Origin: Setoptus koraiensis
Lineage: Eukaryota; Animalia; Arthropoda
Length of the DNA: 64,000 nucleotides
Reading direction: 5' to 3'
Assembly (NCBI GenBank): GCA_048013815.1
Contig: CM106585.1
Span: 62,001 to 126,000 of the forward strand
The notes beneath the pieces were generated by a model. It was given only the letters and a program-made list of their open reading frames with translations. It did no database searches and was not told the origin of the DNA. Below are positions 34,431 to 47,627 of the stretch, piece after piece (positions within the stretch are counted from its first letter, which is position 1; each line of letters opens with the position of its first letter). The position numbers were made by a program, and so were the translations under genes.

Positions 34431-34685
34431 TGCTTAATAGCTCGGTGGCAGACAGTGGCCACGACAGTCCGGATGAGGGAAGCCCTGGATAGGTAGCTCT
34501 TGCCATGCGCGACCCTCAACAGAGTACGTTTGCTTGCCCGCATAGAGCGAGATAGTTGTAACATAAGGTCAACCTACCTACACCATCCCTACAACGGGTC
34601 CATTCATTGATGCCACCCTCTCGCATACAACCGGAAAATCGATGCACAGAAACAGGGGGGAGTGGAATTCATAGGCTATTAGCGC
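34431..34685 (+). ncRNA. Candidate RNase P/MRP-type structured RNA
   Basis: Nested helices: tgcttaat(34431-38)/attagcg(34678-84), ggtggca(34444-50)/tgccacc(34611-17), taggtag(34490-96)/ctaccta(34574-80), ctct/agag. CR-I-like GGGAAGCCCTGG at 34477-88. The P4 3' strand is imperfect. Confidence 0.3.
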
Positions 34686-34893
34686 ACCCCAATGTACCTA
34701 TGCTAGTAGTGATAGTTACGCGATAAAAAACGAGCTCAGTCGTCGTGTCGACTGAATCTCGTTAGGTCGATCATCAACCATTGTTAATTTTGTTTGTATA
34801 ATATTTACATTTATCGTACCAAGCCTATCATTATAAAAGTAATAAAAGCAAATAGTTCATATCAAATCAGAGCCAAACTTTGTTTCTTGAATC

Positions 34894-36738
34894 ATGAGTT
34901 CAGTTAGTGTTAAAGTACTATCAGTGGCGACCCTACTATTGGCTTGTCACGTCTCAGTACATCAGTCTGCTTCACTAACTAATTCTGAAATCATTGAGGA
35001 ACAGCCACATTTGTTAGATTTAGCTCCAACAAAGTCTGTCAACTGGTCTACCTGGCGTCACCATGATAACCTGGATCTATATCAACATTTGGACGATGTC
35101 AACCATCGTTGTCCAGACATAACTAGAATGTACGAGTTATCGTACAGAAGTGTCAAGGGGTGGCCACTGATTGTCATTGAATTCTCCTCGAATCCTGGTA
35201 ATCACGATCTGCGTAAGTTCTCGTCAATCCCCGAAGACTCTTCTAAAGATTAATCGTCCCTATTATTCCATTGAATCATTCGATGAAAGTTAGAAACTAA
35301 CAGAGGCTTCTTTATGTATAAATTCTGTTAATTTAAACAGTTGAGCCTGAATTTAAGTATGTGGCTAACATGCACGGAAACGAGGTTCTTGGTAGAGAGC
35401 TACTCATCAAACTGGTAGATTATCTTTGTCGAGAATATCAATCTGGCAACAAAGATATACAACAACTGATAAACACAACTCGCATACATATATTACCATC
35501 AATGAATCCTGATGGATGGGATCAAGCCACCAAACATCTTCTGTATACGAAAACAGTTGATGAAACGATTGGCCGTGGTAATTCTTACGGAGTTGATATC
35601 AATCGTGACTTCCCCGATTTAGACTCTGTAGTAATGCACGACAGTACATTGTCGTCTGGTAATATCGAAGATGATAGTATGGGTGAAGTAGTGGACAAAT
35701 ACGATCGATTGCAACCAGAGACGAAAGCAGTCGTAGATTGGATTATGACAACACCGTTTGTACTTTCGGCCAATCTACATGGGGGTGCATTGGTTGCTAA
35801 TTATCCCTATGACATGTCGGACGATGGAACAACCTCTGGCAAATACAGTGCTAGTCCTGATGATAGAACTTTCAGACATCTTGCTAGTGTTTATGCCAAT
35901 AATCATCAATCCATGACCAATTCTACACCTTGTCAGGACGGTGATGATTTTACCAAACAAGGAGGCATCACAAATGGGGCTGCTTGGTATAGTATTTCGG
36001 GTAGCATGCAGGACTTCAACTACTTGGCCTCTAACGATTTCGAGATAACACTCGAGCTCGGCTGTGACAAATATCCTCCGGCGTCAAAGTTACAGGAGGA
36101 ATGGGAAGACAATAAGGAAGCGCTTATCGAGTTTATGTGGCAGGTAAGATAGCTATCATATTTGATGATATTCATGAGTTTAACAATGGTGACAGGATCA
36201 TGGTTTCAGTGTACATAATAATGATGATTTATTTTATTGCTATTCCTTCTAAGGCTCACATCGGTGTCAAAGGTGTTATAGATGATGCCACCACTGGAAT
36301 CCCCATTGTGGGTGCTACAATCAAGGTGCGAAACATCACTGACACGCAACATCCTCAGGTCATAAGTCACGGCATAAAATCGGGTAAGTCGTTGATAGCC
36401 TTTACTAGAAGGCTGCGATTAATGGCTACTGCGAGTAGACTAAAACCGATTGAATTAATTCTACGTGTTCTTCTCTCAATGTCTCACAAAAAAAAACAGT
36501 TGAAAATGGAGAATACTGGCGCTTATTGACAAATGGAACTTACGAGATTGCCGCCTTCAAAGAAGGGTATGGACCGGAAGTTAAGACAATCGAGGTCGCA
36601 AATGGATACCATACTAGCGCCAAAGTGCTCAACTTCCACTTGGCACCATCATTGGTTGTACTGGCATCCGATAATTTGAAAGATGAAGAATATCATCGAC
36701 AAAATGATTTGACTGATACAGGCTATTTCATTTTGTGA
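34894..36738 (+). CDS. CPE: Carboxypeptidase E-like M14B metallocarboxypeptidase; exons 34894-35212, 35341-36143, 36254-36383, 36500-36738
   Basis: Signal peptide; EPEFKYVANMHGNE, DINRDFP, SANLHGG, EITLELGCDKYP; transthyretin-like C-domain GEYWRLLTNG. All junctions are phase-consistent. Confidence 0.88.
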
Positions 36739-37084
36739 TCCACAAACGGAGTGATCTAAATGGATACAAGTTAAGTTTGTATTATGGAAGTATCAAAAGT
36801 AACACAATGATAAGAAGGAAGAAACTAAACAAAAAACAAAATCTCACGTTCTCCAGGAACTCAATCTAAATAAAACAAACTCACACAGAAACACATTACT
36901 CCTGTTATTTACGTCATAGACATGCGAGGACGCCCTCACTAATCCAACAAAACACACATGTATGGGATAATCGTCCTCCAATAAGGGACAGAGAGAATTG
37001 TTTGTCGAAATAGAAAATTTATGACTGTCATGTAAGCAGATCGTATTAGAATAAAAAGTAGCAGCGGAAGCATAATAATTTAGC

Positions 37085-37726
37085 TCATACATAGGGCACT
37101 TGAATGAAAAATTGTTTTGCTTGTTGGTTCCAATTTGTCCAAAATCGACCCTCGCTCTTATCTACTTCCCTAGACGGAATTTTGAATGCTATTGTTTCGT
37201 AGGGTTCAGCCGCAAACAATAGATATTGCCATCTACGATCAGGTGGCTCTTTCTTTTGTTCATAAGCCGACATAAACCGATGTCTCGGCTTGATGCCTTC
37301 ACCTATCTCTGGATAATCAATTTGGAATAGCATAGATTGTTGGTTTGTCTCAATGTCCAATTGTTTCGTGACACGGTATCCAGGTCTGCCTATTTTGACG
37401 AATTTCTTAACATCAACTCGTTGCTTTGAAGGTGCTGGTAAAGCAGGGGAATCTTTTTGCTCTTTAGCAGCCCGCCTGGCCAAATTGGACTGATGCTTTT
37501 TGCCCTGAGTGTGTGCCAAATAGCTGCCCTCGTTGTTGTGCAATGTTAGACATAATTTGCATTCGTAACTACCTAAATGATTCTTCATAAAATAGGGATC
37601 TCTATCCAAGTCAATCTTTTCCAAAGCGATCTGTTTTAGGCGTTCCCTCCTATCGCGATTAGACTCACTCCATGAGGCCACCCCGCCGCTGCCAGTTTTA
37701 CCACCGACTCTGTTTTGAAAGTCCAT
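37085..37726 (-). CDS. SF3A2: Splicing factor 3A subunit 2 (SF3a66/Prp11), core only
   Basis: MDFQNRVGGKTGSGG, U1-type Zn finger CKLCLTLHNNEGSYLAHTQGKKH, and FAAEPYETIAFK. Confidence 0.95.
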   Translation of the reverse strand: MDFQNRVGGKTGSGGVASWSESNRDRRERLKQIALEKIDLDRDPYFMKNHLGSYECKLCLTLHNNEGSYLAHTQGKKHQSNLARRAAKEQKDSPALPAPSKQRVDVKKFVKIGRPGYRVTKQLDIETNQQSMLFQIDYPEIGEGIKPRHRFMSAYEQKKEPPDRRWQYLLFAAEPYETIAFKIPSREVDKSEGRFWTNWNQQAKQFFIQVPYV

Positions 37727-37935
37727 GGCTCGAGTGTTGGCCTTCTAGTGACGACCCGATGGTTAAATAGTAATTTAGATGAATATCACCATATTTCATA
37801 AGACGTTATGTTGTTGTATAATATTTATTCCTTTCGTTTTAGTTTGGTCCGAATGACTCTCACGTTTTCATTGTTGTCATTCTTGTTTTCGGCCATGCTG
37901 TGTGCAGATTTCCCAATGGTCCCGCACGGGGTTCG

Positions 37936-38070
37936 AAAAAAATCCGACAGAGGCGCCAGCATGGCCCTAAAAATGTTCAGCCAAGTGCAGAGTGTTTCAT
38001 TAAAAATTTTTTCTTCTCTTTCATTGCCAGCTTCAGTGTACTCTAATTAGCGCCGCCCTGCCGGATTTTT
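37936..38070. repeat. Second degenerate copy of the MITE inner core
   Basis: About 60 bp from 37936 (aaaaaaatccgacagaggcgccagcatggccctaaaaatgttcagcc) aligns with the reverse complement of about 32670-32727. Opposite arm tagcgccgccctgccggattttt at 38048-38070. Confidence 0.7.
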
Positions 38071-38335
38071 CCCGAACCGGCTGAGTTCAACTTACAAGTA
38101 TTGAGTAAGCGCAAAGAGGGATCTGTCGCATTACGGCCGTGTCGCATTTCAGCTGTACTTAAATCTGGCGCTTAGACAGAAGTTGGGCATATGTTGAAAA
38201 TCGACCGAAATTTTCAGATAAACAATAGTTATAATCAACCTCTCATTGAGTCCACACATTGCCCATCGTATTATCGTATAAATATATCTCTAGATTCACA
38301 CCATCAATTGATATCTATCAAGATAATTTTCAAAT

Positions 38336-38578
38336 ATGGCCTCAGTTGAACCAGAGCTAGACTCTACGGCCAACGAAGGAAGCGAAAAATCAGACGAGAA
38401 GGACAGCAAAGAAAAGAGGCATGCCATAGAAATAGAGGAGGAGAAAAAATTAAAAGCTAAATACCCGCAAGTTCAAAGACCCAGTTCACAATTCCTACAG
38501 AAGCGCTTGCAACGAGGTCAGAAATATTTCGATTCTGGCGATTACAACATGGCCAAGGCTGAGATGAAACCTAAATAA
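38336..38578 (+). CDS. ENSA: Endosulfine / ARPP-19 family protein, 80 aa
   Basis: [10 protein letters not shown]...[23 protein letters not shown], containing the Greatwall phosphorylation motif FDSGDY. Confidence 0.92.
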   Translation: MASVEPELDSTANEGSEKSDEKDSKEKRHAIEIEEEKKLKAKYPQVQRPSSQFLQKRLQRGQKYFDSGDYNMAKAEMKPK

Positions 38579-39220
38579 TAATCTGCATAGACAGTGTGGT
38601 TGCAATAAGAGAAGGACCATTTCACAGCCATCAGTAGATAACTTTTTTTAACACCCTGATAAAAAAGAACAATAAAATGAAATAACCTCAAACAGCTGGT
38701 ATAATGATTTGATATGAGGACGTTAGCGTATTAACAACAATTCAGATCTACTATTATTTAAACAAGCGCACTCAATTGTTAAAGATAATGTGACATTGCA
38801 TGGCGATCGCAGTAAACAGTGAAAGCGGTAGTAAAACTTACAACATCGGGCTTGTGTTGGCTAGATAAAAATAGTTTCGCCATGATTCTGTAGTTGTTGT
38901 TGTCGTCGTCGTTATCATTGCCGTCTATGGTGACTTGTCAGAATAAAGAATTTTCGTTCAATATATATAATATATAACAATAATACATTGCTACAGATCG
39001 CTACCGGCAAAACAATTGCATTTCACCTGCTCTGTTTGTTCAACAGTTCAATCCCGATACTTGATTTTTCTGATCTGATCCGATCAACTCACACTAACTG
39101 CTACAACTGTCTACATGTTGATGTTAGATAACAAATTTGTTTGTCACTGCCTTGTTATTCATAATTATCGCTCTGTGTTTTGCTGGCACTCATTGTTGAG
39201 TTTATCATAGAAGAGTCCGA

Positions 39221-40277
39221 ATGTCCAATTGTGACACCTCCACCAATAGTGAGCTACCATACGGGGATATCCGCACCGATGCCACTTGCTGCGATCCATC
39301 CAAGAGAGAACAATCTCGCTCAACAAGCTGGAATTCGTCCAGTTCACACAGTGTCTATGTACCTCTGATTGGCAATCTAGACGATTGTTCAAGAGCAAGC
39401 TTGGAAAACGATCGAAAGTTTAGTCAAGATAAACTAGTGAAAACTAGCCAAAAAACGGCGCCCTCAATTGATAATCATGGAATTCAATCGACCGAATTGC
39501 ATCAAGAATCGACGCCGTTCAATTATAAGCTCAAATTAAAACGATTACTGTTCAGTTACAGTCCGCCAACAAAGATACAAAGTTGGCAGGAATTTCTCGA
39601 TACAACGCGCATGAAAACACCCACCAATGCCAATCAAATTAAACGACGTTTTCTAGAAAATCTACAATACTTTCAAGGCAATTATCTGTGTATATTTGCT
39701 ATATTATTCATCTATTGTATACTAACCTCGCCCCTACTATTGCTATCCATTGCTCTCATTTGTGGCGCCTTCTATTTTGTTACTGTGGTTAATCATCGTC
39801 ATTCGTCACCTCATCCGCCGTCATCTCATCATCAAGATCATCATCATATCAACAATAAACATCGCTTATCTATATTGGGTATTGAACCAACACTCCAGCA
39901 ACAGTACACAATTATAACATTGTTTGCATTGCCGCTACTGTGGGTGTCGGGCGCTCCATCGGCTGTATTTTGGGTAAGACAGCAACTAGATTTCGTATAA
40001 CAGCTTCGTATTACTATGTCTGCCATTATAATCCAATCACTAATTTATTTAATCGTTTGTTAACCTTGGTAACAATGTTTGTTAAATTCATGTATTCAAG
40101 GTGCTAGGAGCAACTTCTTTTGTGGTTGCAATCCATTCCGGTATATTCGCCATTGAGATAGACAATAATGGGCTTATAAGCACCTCGATAGGTGCAAATG
40201 GTACAACACGCAGATCGCATGAGCTTGATAAAATGGGACAAGTAATGATAAACATTGGCCAATTACAAGAAATCTAG
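39221..40277 (+). CDS. RABAC1: Prenylated Rab acceptor 1 (PRA1 family); exons 39221-39973 and 40101-40277
   Basis: IQSWQEFLD...ENLQYFQGNYLCIF...LTSPLLLL. A phase-0 intron joins SAVFW to VLGATSFVVAIHS. Confidence 0.88.
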
Positions 40278-41063
40278 TGTCTAAACAGCATTATGCTGAC
40301 AATGTGTGATAATAAACGAACTAAACAAAAGCTCTTCAATATTTCCAACCAACAAGTGTATTACATTTGGCATTGAGAGATCATAGTTTGGAGTTGGTTT
40401 AGATTAAGGGCTCAATAAAAGTCCTATCAATGCCGTCATATTCGCACTCATCACAGAATTAAATTTATTCATGTCATTGAATAAATGGATAATAAATGAG
40501 TAACAAATCAGACCAAAGATATTTGATGTCTAGATCCATGTTAGGCATCGTCAAATAAAGTTTTGCTCTGCTTCCTATAACGAAGTCTCATCACTTGTTA
40601 GAATTGAGCTTTGTTAATCATAAACGTAATAATTCAGTAACGGCGTGATGATATCATGTGATCACTGATCAGCTAAAAATTATTAGCGGATTATTTTCTT
40701 TGTAAATATTTTATTTTACTTATGCAATCACGTGATGAGTCATGAGATAAACACCTTGCTGCTTTTATGTCGTGTTAAATGTATCGTTGCTGATGACCGG
40801 TGAAAGAACAAACATAATCCCCTCGACATTTTTTCGTTTACGGCAGCTCAAAAATCAGATTTTTCTGTTTAGGAACATCAAATAACTAGCAAATGACACA
40901 CGACTGACAAGTGCGAGCAAATAATTATCATTATTAACAATTATCAAATGAAACAATTAATGTGACAACTGTTCAAATAGCGAATCCTCAGCAGAAATGT
41001 AATCTAGTCTCCAAATTACTATTGTATATTAACTAATAATTATTCGGTAGCAATTCTACTAAC

Positions 41064-43503
41064 ATGGATCAAAACGATTATTCGTCTGATATTCCTAACA
41101 TAGCCCTCAATGATCTGATAGGTATTGTAATGACATTCTCCGGTCTCTTGTCACGATTGAGTGTTCTTGAACTAATCTTTACTTTATTCACTTCCCTGCT
41201 GCACGATGTAATCTGCATTTTTAGGAAACTTTGGCTTATATCATCTAAATATGATGATATTTACCTTTATGCGGAATACAGTATTTGCTATGGATACGTT
41301 TGTACTGGCTTTGTCGCAAATCTCGACCAAAGAGGCCAACATTGTTTGCAAAAATGCTTACGATTTCGAGGGGTAAGCTAAAGACTAAGTATTATTGATT
41401 TGTTAGAATTCGATAGATTAGATTGTTGATACTACTACTTCAATTGAACGATTACAATATTCATATCGACAAGATTAGAAGATAAGGGCACTGTAGCTGC
41501 CGATTGGGATCGTAAGTGTTTCTATGTACACGCAACCAGTGACAACATCACTAGTATTAGGCCCTGCGAGGAATGGATTTTTCTCGATCCCAAACAGAGG
41601 GGCACATTTACAGCACAGGTAATTACTGTAGTGTTTGATTTTAGTTGTATAAAATGTCCAGAGTGGGTCCTCTAAACAGGTTGTGTCTCGTTCTTTTTTA
41701 TATGAGTGACAGTGGAGTCTTGTCTGTCATAGAGAATCGCTGCATTCAACAACAACCACTGCCTATATGTTTGGTGTCCTGTTACACACTTGCCTTTGGG
41801 GATATTTCGGGGATAAATTTGGCCGTTGGACCTCTCATTGTGTGACGCACATATTCACTATAATCTTTGGTGTTGCCTCGCTATTGGCACCCTCTATATT
41901 TTGGTTTATGCTCTTTAGATGCTGCGTTGGCTTTTGTTGCGTATCCTATACGGTCCTAAATACATTGCGTAAGCCCTACATATACATATATTAATTAAGT
42001 TGACTGTTAGCTAATTAACTTGCGCAGTGAACTTAACTTAACTGACTGTGAAATTAACTCGACTAGTGAATAACACGCTTTTGCTTACATAAACTCAATG
42101 TTTGTGTTGACAACTTATCTTTTTTTTTCCAACTTACACGTCGAAAAGAGGTTGAAATGATGAGTCCAAAATACAGGAGCTACACAAACTATCCGGGCCA
42201 CATAGGATATGTAAGCAATCACTTTTTGTATGGCTTCCATTGAGGCCGTCCAACTTCACATAAATATCGGCGGGCCAATTAGTATTAAGTCAGGTCCTAT
42301 TATACTCCCTCGTAGGGTCTGGGCGTAGTGCTGGTGGCTTTCATTGGACCTCTTACAAACAACTGGCGCCATCTTTTATCCATTGCTCCAATTGCTTTGG
42401 CCATTACGTCAGTATCTCTATCTCTCTTCTGTTTGCTATATCTTATTAGTTATCGTTGATTAATTCAATTTAATTAACTATAAAAATAAATTATCTTTAT
42501 ACTCCGGCAATCGGGCCATTTATTATGCAACAGTGCACCATGGTTGCTGTTCGTACCAGAATCAATAAGATGGTTGACAGTTAAAGGAAAATGGGAAAAG
42601 GCGCGCAAAGAGATCAGACTGGCGGCAAAAGTAAACCTTGTTGATGGCGGAGTCGTTTCCGATTCTAAAATCGATCAGTATTTTGTTTGCACAAATAGAG
42701 AGGTGAGTTTAAAGGATTGAATCTTTACATTAGTCACAAATGTAAAACTAACACGACTTTTCAAGTGACCAACGATTCATGTGTATCCGAGGCGAGGGGT
42801 TGCACAAAATGACATGGCTAATCAATGAATCCACCCGTCTCGTTTGTATTATGTAATTACGTCATAAACTGTCACTCAGAACAATGATGAGCAATCCAGG
42901 GCGGGCTTTTTGGATCTATTCAAGCATCGAACATATTGTTTGAATTTGATTTCTCTATGGTTGTCGCTGTTTCTGGCCAGTATCGTCTATATGATGAGAA
43001 CGTTCAGTTATGACCAAGACAGCGTATCACAAATGGCCAATTTTATAATATCCGGCGCTGGCGAATGGCTGTGTATCGCCTTGGCGGGAATGTGTATGCA
43101 CTTCTTTGAAAGAAAAACTTGTCTAGCCACTTTCGTTGGGTTGTGTGGTTTGTCCAATTTAATTGACGCAGTTTTGAGACGTACCAGCAATATTTTGTTT
43201 GAATCAAAAAGTATCGCTTACACTTTGGATGCAATAGCGAAGTGTTCGTCTACAGGTGGCTACATTGTTGTTTATCTGATTGCTGTAGAGCTATTTCCCA
43301 CCGAACTTCGAAGTGTGGCCCAGTCGCTGATATTGGCTGCGGCCTCTATTGGGGCCCTGACAGGACCTCTTGAGGAAGTCATTTTGGGTGATCAGTTAAT
43401 TTGTAGTATCGTTTTGGCAGGCATATCATTGGTAGCAGTGTTGTTGTTGAAATATTTTGTAATAGAAACAAAACATATAAGTTTGGTGGACAGAATCAAA
43501 TAG
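41064..43503 (+). CDS. SLC22 organic cation transporter-like, copy 1; exons 41064-41121, 41225-41372, 41474-41618, 41713-41968, 42149-42210, 42316-42407, 42534-42702, 42880-43503
   Basis: LNDLIGNFGLY, PCEEWIF, WSLVC, GDKFGRW, VPESIRW and ELFPTELRS. Intron phases match the other two copies. Confidence 0.82.
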
Positions 43504-45863
43504 TCTGTATCCGTAAAAAAAAAAATAATCTAGGCGGATCGACATTTGAAAATGCTCTATATGCATCGAAACTATTGGGCAATCGAAAATACAGTAGATA
43601 CACCATAGAGTATTGATAGACATGGTATTATGCATGCCTAATCGGATGCTGATTGATAAGCAATGATTTGATTATCCAGTTGGAATAGAATTTGGACGAT
43701 AATATATGACGAATTATCTGCAATTTTTGTCTTGGAATGGTCCCTATGTAAACAATTCGCTAATACGCTAATGACTAATCGCATCATATTATTCGAAACA
43801 AATCAATGGAGCCGGCTCAAACTGGATTGTGACCAATGAAGTCACAAATTAGCAACTATTAAAAAATTTAAATCGTTCAACAATGGGCAACAATTAGAGG
43901 GCACAAGCAACAGAATAAAGAGTAATTATTATTTGCCTCTTTTTGTCACTGCAATGCATTCTCATGTAGAAAAAGAGCCAACCGTTAATAGCAATAGAGC
44001 GAATGCATATCCAGTTACTTTGTCAACACGATCGGATAAGTGTGTTGATGTTTATTTGTATTGTTTCGCAATCATTTCATAACGAACAGAGCTAATGAAT
44101 TCAAGAGTGGGGTAGCTGGCAATGGTGTGCCCCCTGTCTGCATGTTTATTGATTAGTGATTAGTAATGTTTTGCAATTTAGATAAAATATTGCTAATTGA
44201 TTAGTTGTTATTATTGTTCGAATGGATATGCCGAACGGTGCCAGTGAATTCATTCAGACAGACAGATAGACAGCCCACCGATAGAAGATATTGCGCGCCA
44301 CTGTGGGCAAACTCATCGAACTCGATACAAGTTCCATAGCCGACTGCCGATATCGAGCTGCTGGCATCGAGCTTGAACTGGGCACATATATCCTGTTGTT
44401 GACAATCTGACAATCAATTTGCAAACAATAAGCGAGCGAGCGCCTCAATGGCAGCGATCATGTAATAACAACAACAAAAACATTTGGCGAAACATGATTT
44501 ATAGTACGGTTTTATTGCTTGAAATCAATCATGACGTCGCCATAATTAAACGACACATTAGACTCGCTAGCATGCCATTGACCCAGATCACGTCTTGTTG
44601 TTTCTAGTTACTCTGCTAGTTACAAAATATTTCACAAGAATAAATATGTTATTTGTTACACAATGGGTTGGTGCACTTGGACTCTGAATTTGGATATTGC
44701 GCCGGTCGTTATTATATCTGTTTATGTCTGTTTATGTGTCTATTTGTTTGTGTTCCATCAATCTCATAATTGCGTGTGATCTAGCGATCTCTCAGAGGCG
44801 TGATAAATGCACATAGACGGATAATGATGACTGACACGTGAAAAGCATATTTCTCCAGTTCAATATGAGCACTAGTGTAACTGATTATTATAATGACAGA
44901 TCCCGGGATTATATATAATTGGTCATAAATATAAGGCCCCCCTTTTTCGTTCTCTTTCGTTAACTCTCTCCCTCTCTCTCTCTCTCTCGCTCGATCTCTC
45001 CGTCCATCTAAACCAAATCTCACACTTCAGTTACCTTAGTGGCGAGTGAACAGGATTGAATCCATGCACCTAAACTAAATACAAAAGCTCGCTTTATTTC
45101 ATCTATTGTGTCTATCATGACCTAAATCAGGCAAGCTAGCCAGGCGAATATGATTGCTAACGGACCTAGTTCGCTTTAAACTAGTTTGCGCTTGTTTTGA
45201 TCGTTATGTTCATACAATTCAATTCGAAAATACAAACAAATTGTAGTGCTGATTGCTGCAAATACAAACTTTCAATTTTGTTGGAGTTAAGCCCCAGTCA
45301 GATGAATGAGCGAAGAGAGATTACTTTCGATTAGTAAAGTCACTTCCATTTAACATAGAGAATACACAAACAGACATACATACATAGTTTTTGTTATTAA
45401 TATCTTTATGATGCAAGATCATAGTATCAGACATGTTCATCAGTGATGAAAGTATAAAAAGATCATTAAGATCGTTTATTGATTGGACTATTCATTGGTG
45501 AGTGCCAATCCACTTTAAATTGTTAACTGACAGTCTATTCTCAATGAGGCCGTTGCACCAAAATAACACTTGGACACCCAATTTGGTCTAACAGCAATTC
45601 TCAGGATTGTTTTGAATAATTCAAAATCTTTCAATTATTCAAAACTGTCTTTAGAATTATTTGTTATTAATTTTCCAAATTAATTTAATAAGTAGTTAAT
45701 TAATCTGGACAATTAATAATAACCGAAGCAACGCAAGACCTCAGCAATAGACATTTGACCAGTTGAACAATTGTTTGAAACTAAACATCAAGATTAGATT
45801 AAAGTATCTCTATAATTTAAAGCTTGCTGATTATACACTGTACTTCAAAATACTTAGCACACA

Positions 45864-47627
45864 ATGGCCAGTATATCAGGCAAGAGTGGTCTGTCCATAA
45901 AGGCTAGACTAGATAAAGAAGAGGAAAAGTTTAAATTAGAAAGACAAAATAGGGAAAGTTTTAGTGAAGAAATTTATGATTTGAATGATCTTATCGGACC
46001 GTTCGGAATCTATCAGGTACTCGTCATGATATTTGCCTGTCTTAGAGAAGCAATAACCTCATTCGACAGTGTGGGCCCATCTCTGGCGCTGCCCTTAGAC
46101 GACACCTTTCAGTGTGTGATCAACGAAACTTTAAAGTGAGTACAATAAATATAAAATCAATGAACAAAATGAATACGTTCATTAATCCGCCATCGATCAG
46201 ATAGAAGCGATGCTTGCCACAACTGAGCTTGATCAACGCCAACAATGTCTAATGTCCGATCATTTTTTCTCCAATGAAAATAGTCAACGTCATTTAGAGA
46301 ATCCAGAGGGACATTACGACCCAAAGTGTTACTACATAGACACCACTAATGAGACTATTCTTCCTTGTACAGAATGGATATTCCAAGAGAAATACCAAAG
46401 TACAATGCTGGCTGAGGTGAGTGAGGCGCCAAACACGACACTCGAGAATATAATTGATTAATTAATTACCAATAACTAATTTTACTAACAATCGACTCAT
46501 ATTAACTTGTTGTTCATCATCTAGTGGAAACTGGTCTGCGATAGAGAATATCTCGCCTCAATGGTTCACAGTTCTTTCTTTACTGGCCTATTGCTGGGTA
46601 TTGTTCTTTGGGGACCCCTAGCAGACAAGATTGGCCGATGGAAATCTTATTCGCTTTGTCACACAGCCTATCTGATATTTGGAACAGCCGCAGTGTTTGC
46701 ACCAAATGTCTATTGGTTCATGGTATTCCGTTTTCTTGCCGGATTCCACGCCATTGGTTATTACATTTTGTACACATTACGTAAGTTTTGTGGGCTTTAA
46801 GAGTTGAATTATTATCGAAGCAAAAAAAATGTGCTCAGAGAATGCTCTTAGAGTTGGCCTCTGTTTGTTTGCTATTAATCTAATGTGATGCTAACCAACC
46901 AATGTAATGTCCACTTTCTGGCCCAACAGAGGTAGAGATGATTGCGACCCAGTACAGACCCTTCTCCAACACTCTTAATCACGCTGGATGGGTGAGTCTA
47001 TAGCTGCAAGACGCTTCTCACTATTGAGTCATATTTAATTAGTTAATATTGATTATGATTGTCATTATGCAAATCATCTCATTATTATCTGTAGGGCCTT
47101 GGTGTTCTTCTAGTGCCATTCATTGGTCACTATATTAACGAATGGAGATATCTTATCGCTGTTGCGCCAATAGCAAATGCTATTCTGTGAGTTTTATTCA
47201 ATTATATGTATTCATAAATCTGTGTGATTTCATCATTCATTTCTGACAAATATTTCTCCGAATGATTCGAACCCTTATATTATCTTCTCTATATACGTCA
47301 ATTAGCATGCCCTACATGTTTATATTGCCCGAATCTATCAGGTGGATGGTGCTAGACGGACAAACGGATAAAGCGAGAAAAGAGATAAAAAGAGGGGCTA
47401 AATTGAATAGATTGCGTATTACTGGCATCGACAAGAAAATCGACAAATTCTTCGCACTAAAAAAACTCGATGTAAGTTGGCACTAGTTGTTTGCAATATC
47501 ACAACTATTTTTGAACTCTATGCTCGTTATACTCCGATGAATTAACCCATTTTTCGTTACTGCACAACAGCAATTGGACTCCTCGGAATCGCAAGGCTCC
47601 TTCGTCAAGCTTTTCACCAATAGCGTC
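45864..47627 (+). CDS. SLC22-like copy 2, last exon cut by the assembly gap; exons 45864-46135, 46284-46416, 46525-46780, 46930-46991, 47095-47186, 47306-47471, 47571->47627
   Basis: YDLNDLIGPFGIYQ, PCTEWIF, WKLVCDR, ADKIGRW and LPESIRW. Exon lengths 256/62/92/166 are the same as or close to the paralogs. Confidence 0.85.

Noticed and set aside
34571-34581. AACCTACCTAC as a telomerase RNA template
   Set aside because: It does not match the CCUAACC needed for TTAGG, it is paired in a predicted helix, and there is no room for a downstream pseudoknot.
41501-41517. GATTGGGATC|GTAAGT as an SLC22 splice donor
   Set aside because: Reading through gives DWDRKCFY, matching HYDPKCYY in the paralog. 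The phase-compatible donor is at 41619.
44201-45023. Short ORFs between SLC22 copies 1 and 2
   Set aside because: One segment has plausible splice sites, but no partner exons or homology could be found.
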